Position numbers and translations under genes: made by a program. From Candidatus Pyrohabitans jungbluthii (GTDB lineage: Archaea; Hydrothermarchaeota; Hydrothermarchaeia; Hydrothermarchaeales; BMS3B): 64,000 nt of DNA. This document shows, one piece after another, positions 9,866 to 18,974 of the stretch. The DNA is taken from NCBI GenBank assembly GCA_002010065.2, contig MTMD02000015.1, forward strand, positions 1 through 64,000, given 5' to 3'. A model generated the notes under the pieces. The model worked only from the letters and a program-made list of their open reading frames with translations, was not told the DNA's origin and ran no database searches. The first letter of the stretch is position 1. Every line of letters begins with the position of its first letter.

Positions 9866-11161
9866 ATGAAGTACTCCAAGCCTCGAGGCACGAGGGATTT
9901 TCTTCCCGGAGAGATGGCGGCCAGGCGTTACGTGGAGCAGATGATACGCCGCGTATTTATAAGGTTTGGCTACAAGGAGATAGCCACTCCCACCTTTGAG
10001 CACCTTGAGCTGATTACGGCGAAGTCGGGCGAGGATATCGTGGCGCACCTCTACCACTTTAAGGACAAGGGTGGGCGCGACCTTGCGCTTAGGCCAGAGT
10101 TAACTGCACCGGTGATGCGCCTGTATGTGAATGAGCTTCAAAACTCGCCCAAGCCTCTGCGATTGTACTACTTTGGAAACTGCTTCCGCTATGAGCGTCC
10201 CCAAGCGGGGCGGTACCGTGAGTTCTTCCAAGCAGGCGTGGAGCTTATTGGCTCCTCCTCGCCAGAGGCGCAGGCTGAGGTTATTGCCCTCGTCAATGCG
10301 GTGCTTGAGGAACTCGGGATAAGAGAATACGAGCTTCACATAGGCAACATCGGCATACTCAGGAAAATCCTGGCTGAGAATGGCATTGGCGAAGAGGTCC
10401 AGGCGCACATAATGGGGGTTATAGATAAGGGTGACGAGGCACAGCTTGAGGAAGAGCTTAACAGGCTTGAACTTCCGGAAGAGGAGAAGGAGGTTATCCT
10501 TGGTGTGCTTGAGCTGAAAGGCAGGCGCGGGGAGGTGGTTGAGCGTGCTGAGGCGCTGCTCGCTGGAAGAGAGTCTGTGCTAAAGGAGCTTCGCAGCTTC
10601 GAAGAAATCCTCGACGCCCTTGAGAGCTTCGGGGTTAAAAATTACCACCTCAACCTGGGCATAGCTCGAGGGCTGGACTACTACACCGGCATGGTCTTCG
10701 AGGTCTACGCCTATAAACTGGGTGCCGAGAAGCAGATATGTGGGGGCGGAAGCTACTCCTTGGCGGAGGTCTTTGGGGGCAAACCCGTAGCTACGAGCGG
10801 CTTTGCCTTTGGCTTTGACCGTTTGCTACTTGCACTTGAGAAGGAAGGAGTAAAGCTCCCAGATACGGAGAGAACGCTGTTCATGGTCATACCTATGGGT
10901 AGGGAGCTTGTGCCCTATGCGATAGAAGTTGCCTCTTTAGTAAGACGCAGCTATGTGTGCGAGCTTGAGGTTATGCGCAGGAAGGTAAAAAAAGCCCTAG
11001 CTTATGCTGATGCTAAGGGCATACCATACGTTATTCTCGTAGGAGAGGAGATTAAAGAAGGCAAGGTGCTCCTTAAAGACATGCGCGCAAAGGAGCAGCG
11101 TGAGGTTAATGTGGAGGAGCTTGAAAGTGTGCTCGCTGCTATAGCAAAAGGTAACCCTTAG
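9866..11161 (+). CDS. hisS: Histidyl-tRNA synthetase
   Basis: PRGTRD, LRPELT, FRYERPQAGRYREF, RGLDYYTG. Confidence 0.98.
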   Translation: MKYSKPRGTRDFLPGEMAARRYVEQMIRRVFIRFGYKEIATPTFEHLELITAKSGEDIVAHLYHFKDKGGRDLALRPELTAPVMRLYVNELQNSPKPLRLYYFGNCFRYERPQAGRYREFFQAGVELIGSSSPEAQAEVIALVNAVLEELGIREYELHIGNIGILRKILAENGIGEEVQAHIMGVIDKGDEAQLEEELNRLELPEEEKEVILGVLELKGRRGEVVERAEALLAGRESVLKELRSFEEILDALESFGVKNYHLNLGIARGLDYYTGMVFEVYAYKLGAEKQICGGGSYSLAEVFGGKPVATSGFAFGFDRLLLALEKEGVKLPDTERTLFMVIPMGRELVPYAIEVASLVRRSYVCELEVMRRKVKKALAYADAKGIPYVILVGEEIKEGKVLLKDMRAKEQREVNVEELESVLAAIAKGNP

Positions 11162-12344
11162 CGATCAGCGCCTCTTTTATCTCCTCGGCATGTTCAAAGC
11201 CGTAGGTTTCAACCACAACGTCGACTCTGACTTCGCCCAGAGGTATGCCTTTCTGCAGGCGGTCGTGGACTACAGAGATTACATTTGCTCTTTTTTCGGC
11301 GATTGTCTCAAGCATCGCCTTGAGCTCCCCGGGGAGGTCTTTAACCACCACGCTTAGGTGAAGGTACCTCCCCCGCTTTACCAGACCTTTCTCTATTACG
11401 CGGGAAATCAGGTTTAAATCCACGTTTCCCCCGCTTATGAGCACCGCGGTGGTCTTTCCTTTGCAGGGGACCTTGCCTGAGAGGCAGGCTGCCAGCGACG
11501 CAGCTCCAGCACCTTCAGCAACAAGCTTGGCGCGTTCAAGGAGGAGAAGCATCGCTTCGGCGATTTCCTCTTCGGTGACGGTAACCACATCATCCACGTA
11601 GCGCTGAATCAGCTGGAAGGTGAGCCTGCCTGGGCTTTTAATTGCTATTCCATCGGCGATGGTTGTGGAAAGCTTCACCGATGTGGGCTTTCCCATTGCT
11701 AAACTTGCCTTCATCGCCGCTACAGCTTCCGCCTGCACGCCGATTACTTTTACCTCTTCTTTAATACTCTTCGCAGCTATTGCTATGCCCGAAATCAAGC
11801 CGCCTCCGCCTACAGGTACAACAATCTGCTCCACCTCAGGCAGGTCTTCGAGGATTTCCAGTGCAATTGTGCCCTGACCCGCGATAATGTGAGGGTCGTC
11901 GAAGGCATGGATTAGGCAAAGCCCTTCTTCTTTAGCAAGCTTCTTCGCCTCTTTGAGGGCGTCTGAGAAGGTTTTTCCCTTAAGAATGACCCTCGCCCCA
12001 TACCCACGTGTAGCCAGAATTTTGGATATGCTGGTGTTTTCTGGCATAACAATGGTGCAGCGCGCGCGAAATAGAGAAGCAGCATAAGCCACGCCCTGAG
12101 CGTGGTTTCCGGTGGAGGCGGCGATAACCCCTCGCTTCAGCTGGGCTTGGTTCAAGGAGGCGATTTTATTGATAGCACCCCTCGACTTGAAAGAACCTGT
12201 CTTCTGGAGATTCTCTGCCTTGAGGTAAATCTCGCCCCCCGCAAGCATGGAGAAGGTCTGAGAGCGCTCAAGCGGGGTGCGGTGCACCTTGCTTTTAATA
12301 ACCTCAGCGGCACGCTTTATATCCTCAAGGGTCACCTCCCTCAT
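11139..12344 (-). CDS. ilvA: Threonine ammonia-lyase with C-terminal ACT domain
   Basis: KAENLQKTGSFKSRG, STGNHAQG, VGGGGLISG; true start MREVTL at 12344. Confidence 0.94.
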   Translation of the reverse strand: MREVTLEDIKRAAEVIKSKVHRTPLERSQTFSMLAGGEIYLKAENLQKTGSFKSRGAINKIASLNQAQLKRGVIAASTGNHAQGVAYAASLFRARCTIVMPENTSISKILATRGYGARVILKGKTFSDALKEAKKLAKEEGLCLIHAFDDPHIIAGQGTIALEILEDLPEVEQIVVPVGGGGLISGIAIAAKSIKEEVKVIGVQAEAVAAMKASLAMGKPTSVKLSTTIADGIAIKSPGRLTFQLIQRYVDDVVTVTEEEIAEAMLLLLERAKLVAEGAGAASLAACLSGKVPCKGKTTAVLISGGNVDLNLISRVIEKGLVKRGRYLHLSVVVKDLPGELKAMLETIAEKRANVISVVHDRLQKGIPLGEVRVDVVVETYGFEHAEEIKEALIAKGYLLL

Positions 12345-12389
12345 AGGATTTATTATCAGCCTGCGATAAATAAACTTAGTGATAAGATT

Positions 12390-13172
12390 ATGAGGTTTGC
12401 AGCGAAGGTATATTACGAGGGCACAGCTTTCTATGGCTCGCAGCGCCAACCAGCGAAACGCACAGTTGAGGGCGAGCTTCTCCGCGCTTTGAGCATCTTT
12501 GGCGAGGTGAGGAACTTCAAGAGCGCAGGAAGAACTGACCGCGGGGTTAGTGCGCTGGGCAACGTCTTTGCCTTTGATATGGATAGAAAGCTCGAGCCAA
12601 GGGCGATAAATGCACAGCTGAGCAGGGATATAAGGGTACTCGCAATAAGGGAGGTACCCGAAAGCTTTCATCCGCGCTACGACGCGCTCCACAGAACCTA
12701 CAAGTACTTTCTGTACGACGAGGGCTTTGACCTTGAGGCAATAAAGAAGGCGTGCAGTATTCTTGAGGGTGAGCACAGTTTCCACAACTTCACCCGCGCC
12801 AGGGAGAAAAACTACACGCGGAGGCTTCTCAGGGTTACCGCTGACAGAAAAGGCGAGGTTATTGTGCTAACCTTTAAGGGGGAGAGCTTTCTCTGGGAGA
12901 TGGTGCGCAGGCTGACGAGCGCGATAGCAATGGTGGGGAAGGGTGAGCTCAGCCTTGAGACACTTGAAGAGGCTTTACACCCTGAAGTGGAGCGGAAATT
13001 TTCAGCGGCGCCGCCTGAGTTTCTGGTGCTGTGGGAGGTTGCCTACAAGTTTGAGTTTGAGCATGAAGGCTACACCGTGAGGCAGCTTGTGGCGCAGCTC
13101 AGGGAAAAGTTCTCGTCGCTATACGCGCAGGCTGCGCTTGCAAAGGCTATGCACGAGGAGCTTAAATGCTGA
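12390..13172 (+). CDS. truA: tRNA pseudouridine(38-40) synthase
   Basis: YEGTAFYGSQRQP, AGRTDRGVSA, GESFLWEMVR; start MRFAAK at 12390. Confidence 0.94.
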   Translation: MRFAAKVYYEGTAFYGSQRQPAKRTVEGELLRALSIFGEVRNFKSAGRTDRGVSALGNVFAFDMDRKLEPRAINAQLSRDIRVLAIREVPESFHPRYDALHRTYKYFLYDEGFDLEAIKKACSILEGEHSFHNFTRAREKNYTRRLLRVTADRKGEVIVLTFKGESFLWEMVRRLTSAIAMVGKGELSLETLEEALHPEVERKFSAAPPEFLVLWEVAYKFEFEHEGYTVRQLVAQLREKFSSLYAQAALAKAMHEELKC

Positions 13173-14436
13173 ACTTCTCCCTCAGCGCTGACCTGCGAAG
13201 GACATGCCAGGTGTCACCGCGAAGAATTACCCTGAAGGCATGCTCTATGACCTTCTTGTAAAAATCGCAGTAGTAGCTCTTGTTATACATGCTGCCGTCG
13301 GTGGAGTATATCTCCGCAGGACAGGGGGCACCGCAGATGTTTTTGAAGAGGCAGACATTGCACTCTTCTATCTCCTCAACTGCGCGGCTCACCACCTTTC
13401 TGAAACTCTCTGAATTTGAGATGTCCTCAATAGTATTGTTGAATATGTTCCCGCCTGCGAACTCCTGCATGCCTATGAACTCACCGCAGGGGTAACACTC
13501 CCCATTTGCGGTAACTGAAAAGAACCTCCTGCCGCCACCACAGGGTGAGATGTCGCACATGAGCACTCTTGCGCTCGGTGCGATGATGCCAAGCAGAAGG
13601 TTGGCGAAGTCGCCGATGACTATTCTTCTCCCCTGCTTTGTCAGCTCAATTGCGGTGTCTACGGCTTTAATAAAATATTCAGCCATCTCCCGTGGCTCTG
13701 GTCGTAAAGCAAGGGAACCTTTTTGAGTGCCTCTAACAGGATTCATCAGGCACAGTGAAACCTCCCTATCATTCAGGAACCTGACCATGTCGGCAAGCTG
13801 CTTCTGATTGTGCTTTGTTATTGTGGTGACCACATTCAAGCCTCTGTAGCCAGAGAACCACTCCAGTGCCTTGACAATCTTCCTGTAGTGCCCCTGTCCG
13901 CGCAGTGAATCGTTCGTCTTTTCATCCGGCGAATCCAGAGAGATGCCTATGTTCACCCTCTTTTCCTTTATAAACTCGGCATCTTCCTCGGTTAGTAGCA
14001 GACCATTCGTCTGAATACCGAAGTGAAGCTTGCCGTAATAATCCTCAATCACCCTGAAGATATTCTCCTTGTTCATCAGAGGCTCGCTTCCGTGAAACAC
14101 TATGGAGCCCTTCATCCCTTTCTCATCAAAAAATTCAATTGCCTTCTCAACGACGGTGCAGAGCTCAGCGTAGCTCATGTTTTTTCCGCGTGACTTTATA
14201 TTCTGGGGCAGGTAGCAGTATGGGCACGAGGCGTTGCATCTGTCGGTGGGATTTACATAGAGCAGAATTATATCTGTGCTGAACCTCAGAGCCTTCATCT
14301 CCCCAATCAGTTCCTCCCTCACGCTGGAGTACAGCTCTTCCAGCTTTTTCTGCTCCCCAATACCCCAGAAATTCGTCTCCGGATCAACCTTAAACTCTGT
14401 TTCGCCAATAGTGAGAGTCTGGAGCATCTTTACCAC
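13162..14436 (-). CDS. cbpB: Peptide-modifying radical SAM/SPASM enzyme, CbpB-like
   Basis: CNASCPYC radical SAM motif; SPASM cysteines (CDISPCGGGRRFF, YPCGEF, CNVC..CGAPCPAE..C); adjacent CbpA-like peptide. Confidence 0.85.
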   Translation of the reverse strand: MVKMLQTLTIGETEFKVDPETNFWGIGEQKKLEELYSSVREELIGEMKALRFSTDIILLYVNPTDRCNASCPYCYLPQNIKSRGKNMSYAELCTVVEKAIEFFDEKGMKGSIVFHGSEPLMNKENIFRVIEDYYGKLHFGIQTNGLLLTEEDAEFIKEKRVNIGISLDSPDEKTNDSLRGQGHYRKIVKALEWFSGYRGLNVVTTITKHNQKQLADMVRFLNDREVSLCLMNPVRGTQKGSLALRPEPREMAEYFIKAVDTAIELTKQGRRIVIGDFANLLLGIIAPSARVLMCDISPCGGGRRFFSVTANGECYPCGEFIGMQEFAGGNIFNNTIEDISNSESFRKVVSRAVEEIEECNVCLFKNICGAPCPAEIYSTDGSMYNKSYYCDFYKKVIEHAFRVILRGDTWHVLRRSALREKFSI

Positions 14437-14450
14437 CCTAAAAAAGGAAA

Positions 14451-14561
14451 TTAGAAGGGCGAGTCCTCACTCTGCATCACATAGTGGGTGAGTCCTGCCC
14501 CCTTGTATTTACACTCCATCCTGTAGCTCATTTCTACTTTATGCGCATTTTTGTCTTCCAT
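14451..14561 (-). CDS. cbpA: RiPP precursor peptide, CbpA-like, 36 aa (MEDKNAHKVEMSYRMECKYKGAGLTHYVMQSEDSPF)
   Basis: Hand-translated; GAGGTG SD; ends 14 nt before cbpB; YRxxCxxxGxGLxHYxM core recalled as the CbpA signature. Confidence 0.82.
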   Translation of the reverse strand: MEDKNAHKVEMSYRMECKYKGAGLTHYVMQSEDSPF

Positions 14562-14685
14562 ATCTGCCACCTCTCTGTATAATTTACACTATTTTTTATA
14601 AAATAAGGCATATTTAAGCTTTTTCTCAAATAATATTGATTAGAAAATCAAGTTTGCTTGATTAGCAGAAAAAACTGTTACAAAC

Positions 14686-15105
14686 CTACCTTGTGAGCAG
14701 GTAGCCTGCCACTATCGCCAGAGCGATGCCAGCGGCGTTAACCGCCTTTATTTTCTCTCCCAGAACGAGCACCGCAAGTATAGCGCTGACCGCCGGGTAA
14801 AGTGCAGTCAGGGGTATGACTATGCTTCCCGGGTACCTTTCTAGGGCGAGCATGAACAGCAGGGAGGCGGTCACACCTACCATTGTTCCCAGCGTTAGCA
14901 TCGCCGCCGGCTGTGAGACTGGAAAGCTTATCCCCCTGTAATAAAGATAAGCGAGAATAGCAAGATTGGTAAGCATGTAGACCACGTTGGTCACGAAAAG
15001 GGCGCGAAATAAACCGAGTTTATCAACACCGTATTTGTAGAGAAAGCCCCACAGGCCCCAGAGAATAACTATAATAGTCCCCAGCACTGAAATCTCGAGT
15101 TTCAT
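14686..15105 (-). CDS. EamA/DMT-family small transporter
   Basis: LWGLWGF, PLTALYP..LAVLVLGEKI; about five hydrophobic segments. Confidence 0.88.
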   Translation of the reverse strand: MKLEISVLGTIIVILWGLWGFLYKYGVDKLGLFRALFVTNVVYMLTNLAILAYLYYRGISFPVSQPAAMLTLGTMVGVTASLLFMLALERYPGSIVIPLTALYPAVSAILAVLVLGEKIKAVNAAGIALAIVAGYLLTR

Positions 15106-15139
15106 GGCTCAGAAGGCGGGGTTAACGTTTTAAGATTAT

Positions 15140-15222
15140 ATAGGAACTAAGCGTCACACCGGAAGCTTCGCTTCCGGGTAACCACCAGCGGGTTCCTATC
15201 GTTCCCGAACGAAGTGGGTAAC
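15140..15222. repeat. Patch of nested short palindromes (REP-like)
   Basis: GTCACACCGGAAGCTTCGCTTCCGGGTAAC (15153-15182) lies inside ATAGGAAC...GTTCCTAT; GTTCCCGAACGAAGTGGGTAAC at 15201-15222. Confidence 0.6.
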
Positions 15223-15280
15223 GAAGCCCCTCTATAGGAAAATTTTTAAGCTCTGCCTCTTATTCAGATGACGTGATACC

Positions 15281-16159
15281 ATGCTAGACGCTGGCATAGC
15301 GATGCAGGTGCTGTTCTGGGGTATATACGCTGGATGCATCTACATGCTATTAGCCACAGGCTTAACGCTAATTTTCGGCGTGATGAAGGTTGTCAACTTC
15401 GCCCACGGCGAGTTTCTGATGCTGGGCTCCTATATCACCTTCTGGATAGTCGCCCTCTTCGGGATTAACCCCTACGTCGCAATTATACCTTCAATGCTCC
15501 TGCTTGGGATGCTGGGCATAGCCGTTGAGCGCCTCGCTTTTCGTCCAATCCTGGGCACAGGCAAGCTAAACGAGATCTTCGTCAGCCTTGGCTTAATTTA
15601 CATCCTGCAGAACGGCGTGGCATTTCTATGGGGCGACGACTTCAGGAGCATGCACAGCCCTTACGCAGCGAAAACCATACCCCTGGGCAGCATAAACCTG
15701 CCACTTGACTATGTGATTCTTGTATTCTTCACTGCCGTAATCCTTCTGGCACTTCACCTGTTTCTAAAAAAGACGAGCTTGGGCAGGGCGATGCGGGCGA
15801 CGAGTCAGAATAGAAAGGCGGCGATGCTCATGGGTGTTAACGTGGAGCGCATAGATATGCTCAGCTTTGGTCTGGGTGTGGCTCTCGCAGCAGCCGCAGG
15901 TTCGCTCTGGGCTATAAGCGGTCAGCTCTTCAACCCTTACTCAGGCTCCCTCCCGGCGATCAAGGCTTTTGCGATAATCATCCTGGGCGGGCTTGGAAGC
16001 ATTCCCGGTGCCATTGTGGGCGGGCTCATCTATGGCATAGCAGAGAACGCAGGTGGCTACCTGTTCGGCAACTACTGGAAGGATGCGATCTCCTTCCTGA
16101 TACTCATTGCAGTGCTAATAGTCAAGCCTCATGGCATATTCGGGGAGGGAGAGGAATGA
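15281..16159 (+). CDS. livH: Branched-chain amino acid ABC permease (LivH-like)
   Basis: GLTLIFGVMKVVNFAHGEF, GRAMRATSQN..AMLMGVN. Confidence 0.9.
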   Translation: MLDAGIAMQVLFWGIYAGCIYMLLATGLTLIFGVMKVVNFAHGEFLMLGSYITFWIVALFGINPYVAIIPSMLLLGMLGIAVERLAFRPILGTGKLNEIFVSLGLIYILQNGVAFLWGDDFRSMHSPYAAKTIPLGSINLPLDYVILVFFTAVILLALHLFLKKTSLGRAMRATSQNRKAAMLMGVNVERIDMLSFGLGVALAAAAGSLWAISGQLFNPYSGSLPAIKAFAIIILGGLGSIPGAIVGGLIYGIAENAGGYLFGNYWKDAISFLILIAVLIVKPHGIFGEGEE

Positions 16160-17082
16160 GACAGAGGCATCTATTATGGCTCGCGGCGCTTGCAATTGCT
16201 CTGCTCCTGCCCTTAGTCGTGGGCGAAAGCCCCTACCTTATGAAGGTTCTCATAATAATGATAATCTTCATAATCTACACCCACGCGTGGAATCTGCTGG
16301 CATACTCAGGGCAGGCTTCTCTCGGGCATGCAGCCTTCTTCGGCATCGGCGGGTATGCCTCGGCGCTGCTGGCTGCGAAGCTTGGGACATCGCCGTTTCT
16401 TACAATCTTCATAGGCGCTATCTTCGCTGCCATCGCTGGCGTTTTCGTTGGCATAATATGTGTACGTCTGCGGGAGTGGTTCCTGGCAATGGTAACCTTT
16501 GGTTTCTCAATAATAATAGGCACGATTTTCTTAAACCAGTTCACTTCGCTTTTTGGCGGTGTCGATGGCATGCCCGCGAAACGCTTCTTCAGCGCCACCC
16601 TGGAGCACCGCTACCTCTATGAGTACTACTTCATGCTCCTCCTTGCGATAGCCACCACTCTTCTCATCTACTTCATAATGCGCTCCAGGCTCGGTGTCGC
16701 CTTTGCGGCAATAAGGGAGAACGAGATGGAGGCGAAGATTCTGGGGGTTAACACCACCAAGTACAAGCTCATAGCTTTTCTGATAAGCACATACCTCGCT
16801 GGCCTAGCTGGTGCGCTTCAGACCCATAGCTTTGCATACATTACGCCGGAGATTTATAGTGTGCACAACTCCTTCTGGCCGGTGATTTATGCAATAGCTG
16901 GCGGGTTAGCAACGCTGGAGGGACCGATAATAGGTACTGTGGCTATAACGTTGATCTGGGAGGGGCTCAAGAACCTGGGCCTGCACTTCGAGCGCTTTGT
17001 GATTATAGGCTTGCTTCTGGTGGTGATGGTAATATTCAAACCTCGTGGTTTGGCAAGCGTCTTCGACAGGTGGCGGCGGTAG
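16156..17082 (+). CDS. livM: Branched-chain amino acid ABC permease (LivM-like)
   Basis: WNLLAYSGQASLGHAAFFGIGGY, AIRENE..A..LGVN. Confidence 0.9.
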   Translation: MRQRHLLWLAALAIALLLPLVVGESPYLMKVLIIMIIFIIYTHAWNLLAYSGQASLGHAAFFGIGGYASALLAAKLGTSPFLTIFIGAIFAAIAGVFVGIICVRLREWFLAMVTFGFSIIIGTIFLNQFTSLFGGVDGMPAKRFFSATLEHRYLYEYYFMLLLAIATTLLIYFIMRSRLGVAFAAIRENEMEAKILGVNTTKYKLIAFLISTYLAGLAGALQTHSFAYITPEIYSVHNSFWPVIYAIAGGLATLEGPIIGTVAITLIWEGLKNLGLHFERFVIIGLLLVVMVIFKPRGLASVFDRWRR

Positions 17083-17105
17083 GCGATTAAAAAAAGCTTT
17101 TTACG

Positions 17106-17885
17106 TTACACCCTGGCCTCGTCGAGGGCATGGGCGCAGCCGCATCGGCGCTCCTCGGGTATGAGCTTCACCGCTTCGAGTATTAGCTTTTTAAGCTTCT
17201 CCTCGTTCTGCTTCACCACTTCAATTACCTCAGTGGCGGTGAGTTTCTCCTGCTTAATGCCTGCAGCGTAGTTTGTGACGGTGCACACGCTGGCATAGCA
17301 TATCTCCATCTCCCTCGCGAGCACCGCCTCGGGTAAGCCGGTCATTCCCACGACGTCGCAGCCAAGCATAGAGAGCATGTGGATCTCTGCAGGCGTCTCG
17401 AAGCGTGGTCCTTCTGTCGCAGCATATACGGCGCGCTCTCCTACTTTGCCAACTGTAGTCCTCGCAGCCTTTATTAGAGCAGAGCGTATCTCAGGGCAGT
17501 AGGGCTGAGTCATATCCACGTGCACAGCTTCGGTGTCGTAGAAGGTGGCGCTGCGGGAGCGGGTGAAGTCTATGAAGTCATGGGGCACAACGACGTCGCC
17601 AGGAGCAAAGCTCTGATTTATCCCACCCACCGAGTTGGTGGCGATTATCCTGCTAACACCCAGCTGCTTAAGCGCGTAGATGTTGGCGCGGTAGTTAACC
17701 CTGTGCGGCGGAAGCTCGTGCTTTATCCCGTGGCGGGGCATAAAAACAACGCTCCTGCCAGCGAGTTCGCCTATAAACGCGGGTGAAGCCTCGCCGTAGG
17801 GTGTTTCTATGACTTTCCTCTCCCGCTCCCTAAAAACCTTGGGGTCGTATATTCCTGTGCCGCCTATAATAGCTATGCGCTGCAT
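17106..17885 (-). CDS. mtnP: S-methyl-5'-thioadenosine/purine nucleoside phosphorylase
   Basis: IIGGTG, PRHG..H..PPHRVNYRAN, EGPRFETPAE, VGMT. Confidence 0.92.
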   Translation of the reverse strand: MQRIAIIGGTGIYDPKVFRERERKVIETPYGEASPAFIGELAGRSVVFMPRHGIKHELPPHRVNYRANIYALKQLGVSRIIATNSVGGINQSFAPGDVVVPHDFIDFTRSRSATFYDTEAVHVDMTQPYCPEIRSALIKAARTTVGKVGERAVYAATEGPRFETPAEIHMLSMLGCDVVGMTGLPEAVLAREMEICYASVCTVTNYAAGIKQEKLTATEVIEVVKQNEEKLKKLILEAVKLIPEERRCGCAHALDEARV

Positions 17886-17911
17886 AGGCTATGCTCTTCC
17901 CTAGGGTTATA

Positions 17912-18967
17912 TTAAGCCTTCGCCGCTTTCTTCTTTCTACCGCGTATTCCAAGAAAAGCCACCATTGTAAGCACCAGGCCAAGCGTAAGCGAGAGCGCGA
18001 ACATCTCATTAGCTATCTTCCCGCGCATGTAAAGCGCCACTGAGTCAAGAATAAGGCGGAGGGCTATGACGAATACCATGAGCACCATGTATCTGCTCAC
18101 GTTCTCCCCCTCAAGCAGGGCGTCGATGCTCTTTCCCACGAGGGCGATGAGGGCAGCGAACATGAAGAAGTCTATAGAAGCGACGATAAAGTCAGGTACC
18201 CCCTCCGCGAAGCTCACATAGCCATGTGCTTCAGCCGCGCGCCAGCCTATAAAGGCGCCCAATGTAGCGAGAATTGCAGCAACCAGGTATGTAAAGAAGG
18301 ACAGCTTACCAGCTATGAAGGAAGTCTTGAACTCCTGAAAGCTGCGCGAAATTATTCCCTCGAGGTCAAAGCCCTTGATTATAAGGAACACGCCCAGCAC
18401 GCCGCCGATGAGGCGCCAGCTGTGCGGGCCGAGAAGCATGTACAGCACCAGTGCTATGCCTGGCAACCCTATTATTATCCGGGAAAGCTTCGGGTCGTTG
18501 GCTATGCTCTTCATGAAGTCTAGAATCATGTAATAGGTGCTCTCGAGCTGCTCGCTCTGCTTCACAATCACCCTGCTGAGGGATATAACCCTTGCGCGGG
18601 ATTCGACTATGGGTAAGATGTGCTCATCCTCAGCACCGTCTGTAACCAGGACAACGCCATCTGGTTTAAACTCAGCGAGGATCTCATCCAGCTGTCTTGC
18701 AATTGCCTCATCGCTCACCACGCCTACGTTCTCATCGCCGACAAGCGTGGCTACTCTAACCTCTCGCCCCTGCTCGCGGTAGAAGTCGTATAGCCTCACC
18801 GCCTCGAATATTGTGTTGGTGTCGCTCTCCGTGGGGTCAGCTAACCCCAGCTTTACAGCCACGCGCAAGTTCTCTTCTCTACCTAGGATAGGCCCCTTCT
18901 CCCCTATCTTCCGGGTGATATCTGCATCGCGGTCGACGCAGATTACGTATATTCGCCTTATTTCCAT
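17912..18967 (-). CDS. DUF373-family archaeal membrane protein
   Basis: CVDRDAD, DPTESDTN, DGAEDE, VKQSEQLESTYY followed by TM helices. Confidence 0.88.
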   Translation of the reverse strand: MEIRRIYVICVDRDADITRKIGEKGPILGREENLRVAVKLGLADPTESDTNTIFEAVRLYDFYREQGREVRVATLVGDENVGVVSDEAIARQLDEILAEFKPDGVVLVTDGAEDEHILPIVESRARVISLSRVIVKQSEQLESTYYMILDFMKSIANDPKLSRIIIGLPGIALVLYMLLGPHSWRLIGGVLGVFLIIKGFDLEGIISRSFQEFKTSFIAGKLSFFTYLVAAILATLGAFIGWRAAEAHGYVSFAEGVPDFIVASIDFFMFAALIALVGKSIDALLEGENVSRYMVLMVFVIALRLILDSVALYMRGKIANEMFALSLTLGLVLTMVAFLGIRGRKKKAAKA

Positions 18968-18974
18968 AATCCTA

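Noticed and set aside
11139-13172. Apparent long overlap of the ilvA and truA ORFs
   Set aside because: Artefact of over-extended starts. The true starts at 12344 and 12390 are divergent and do not overlap.
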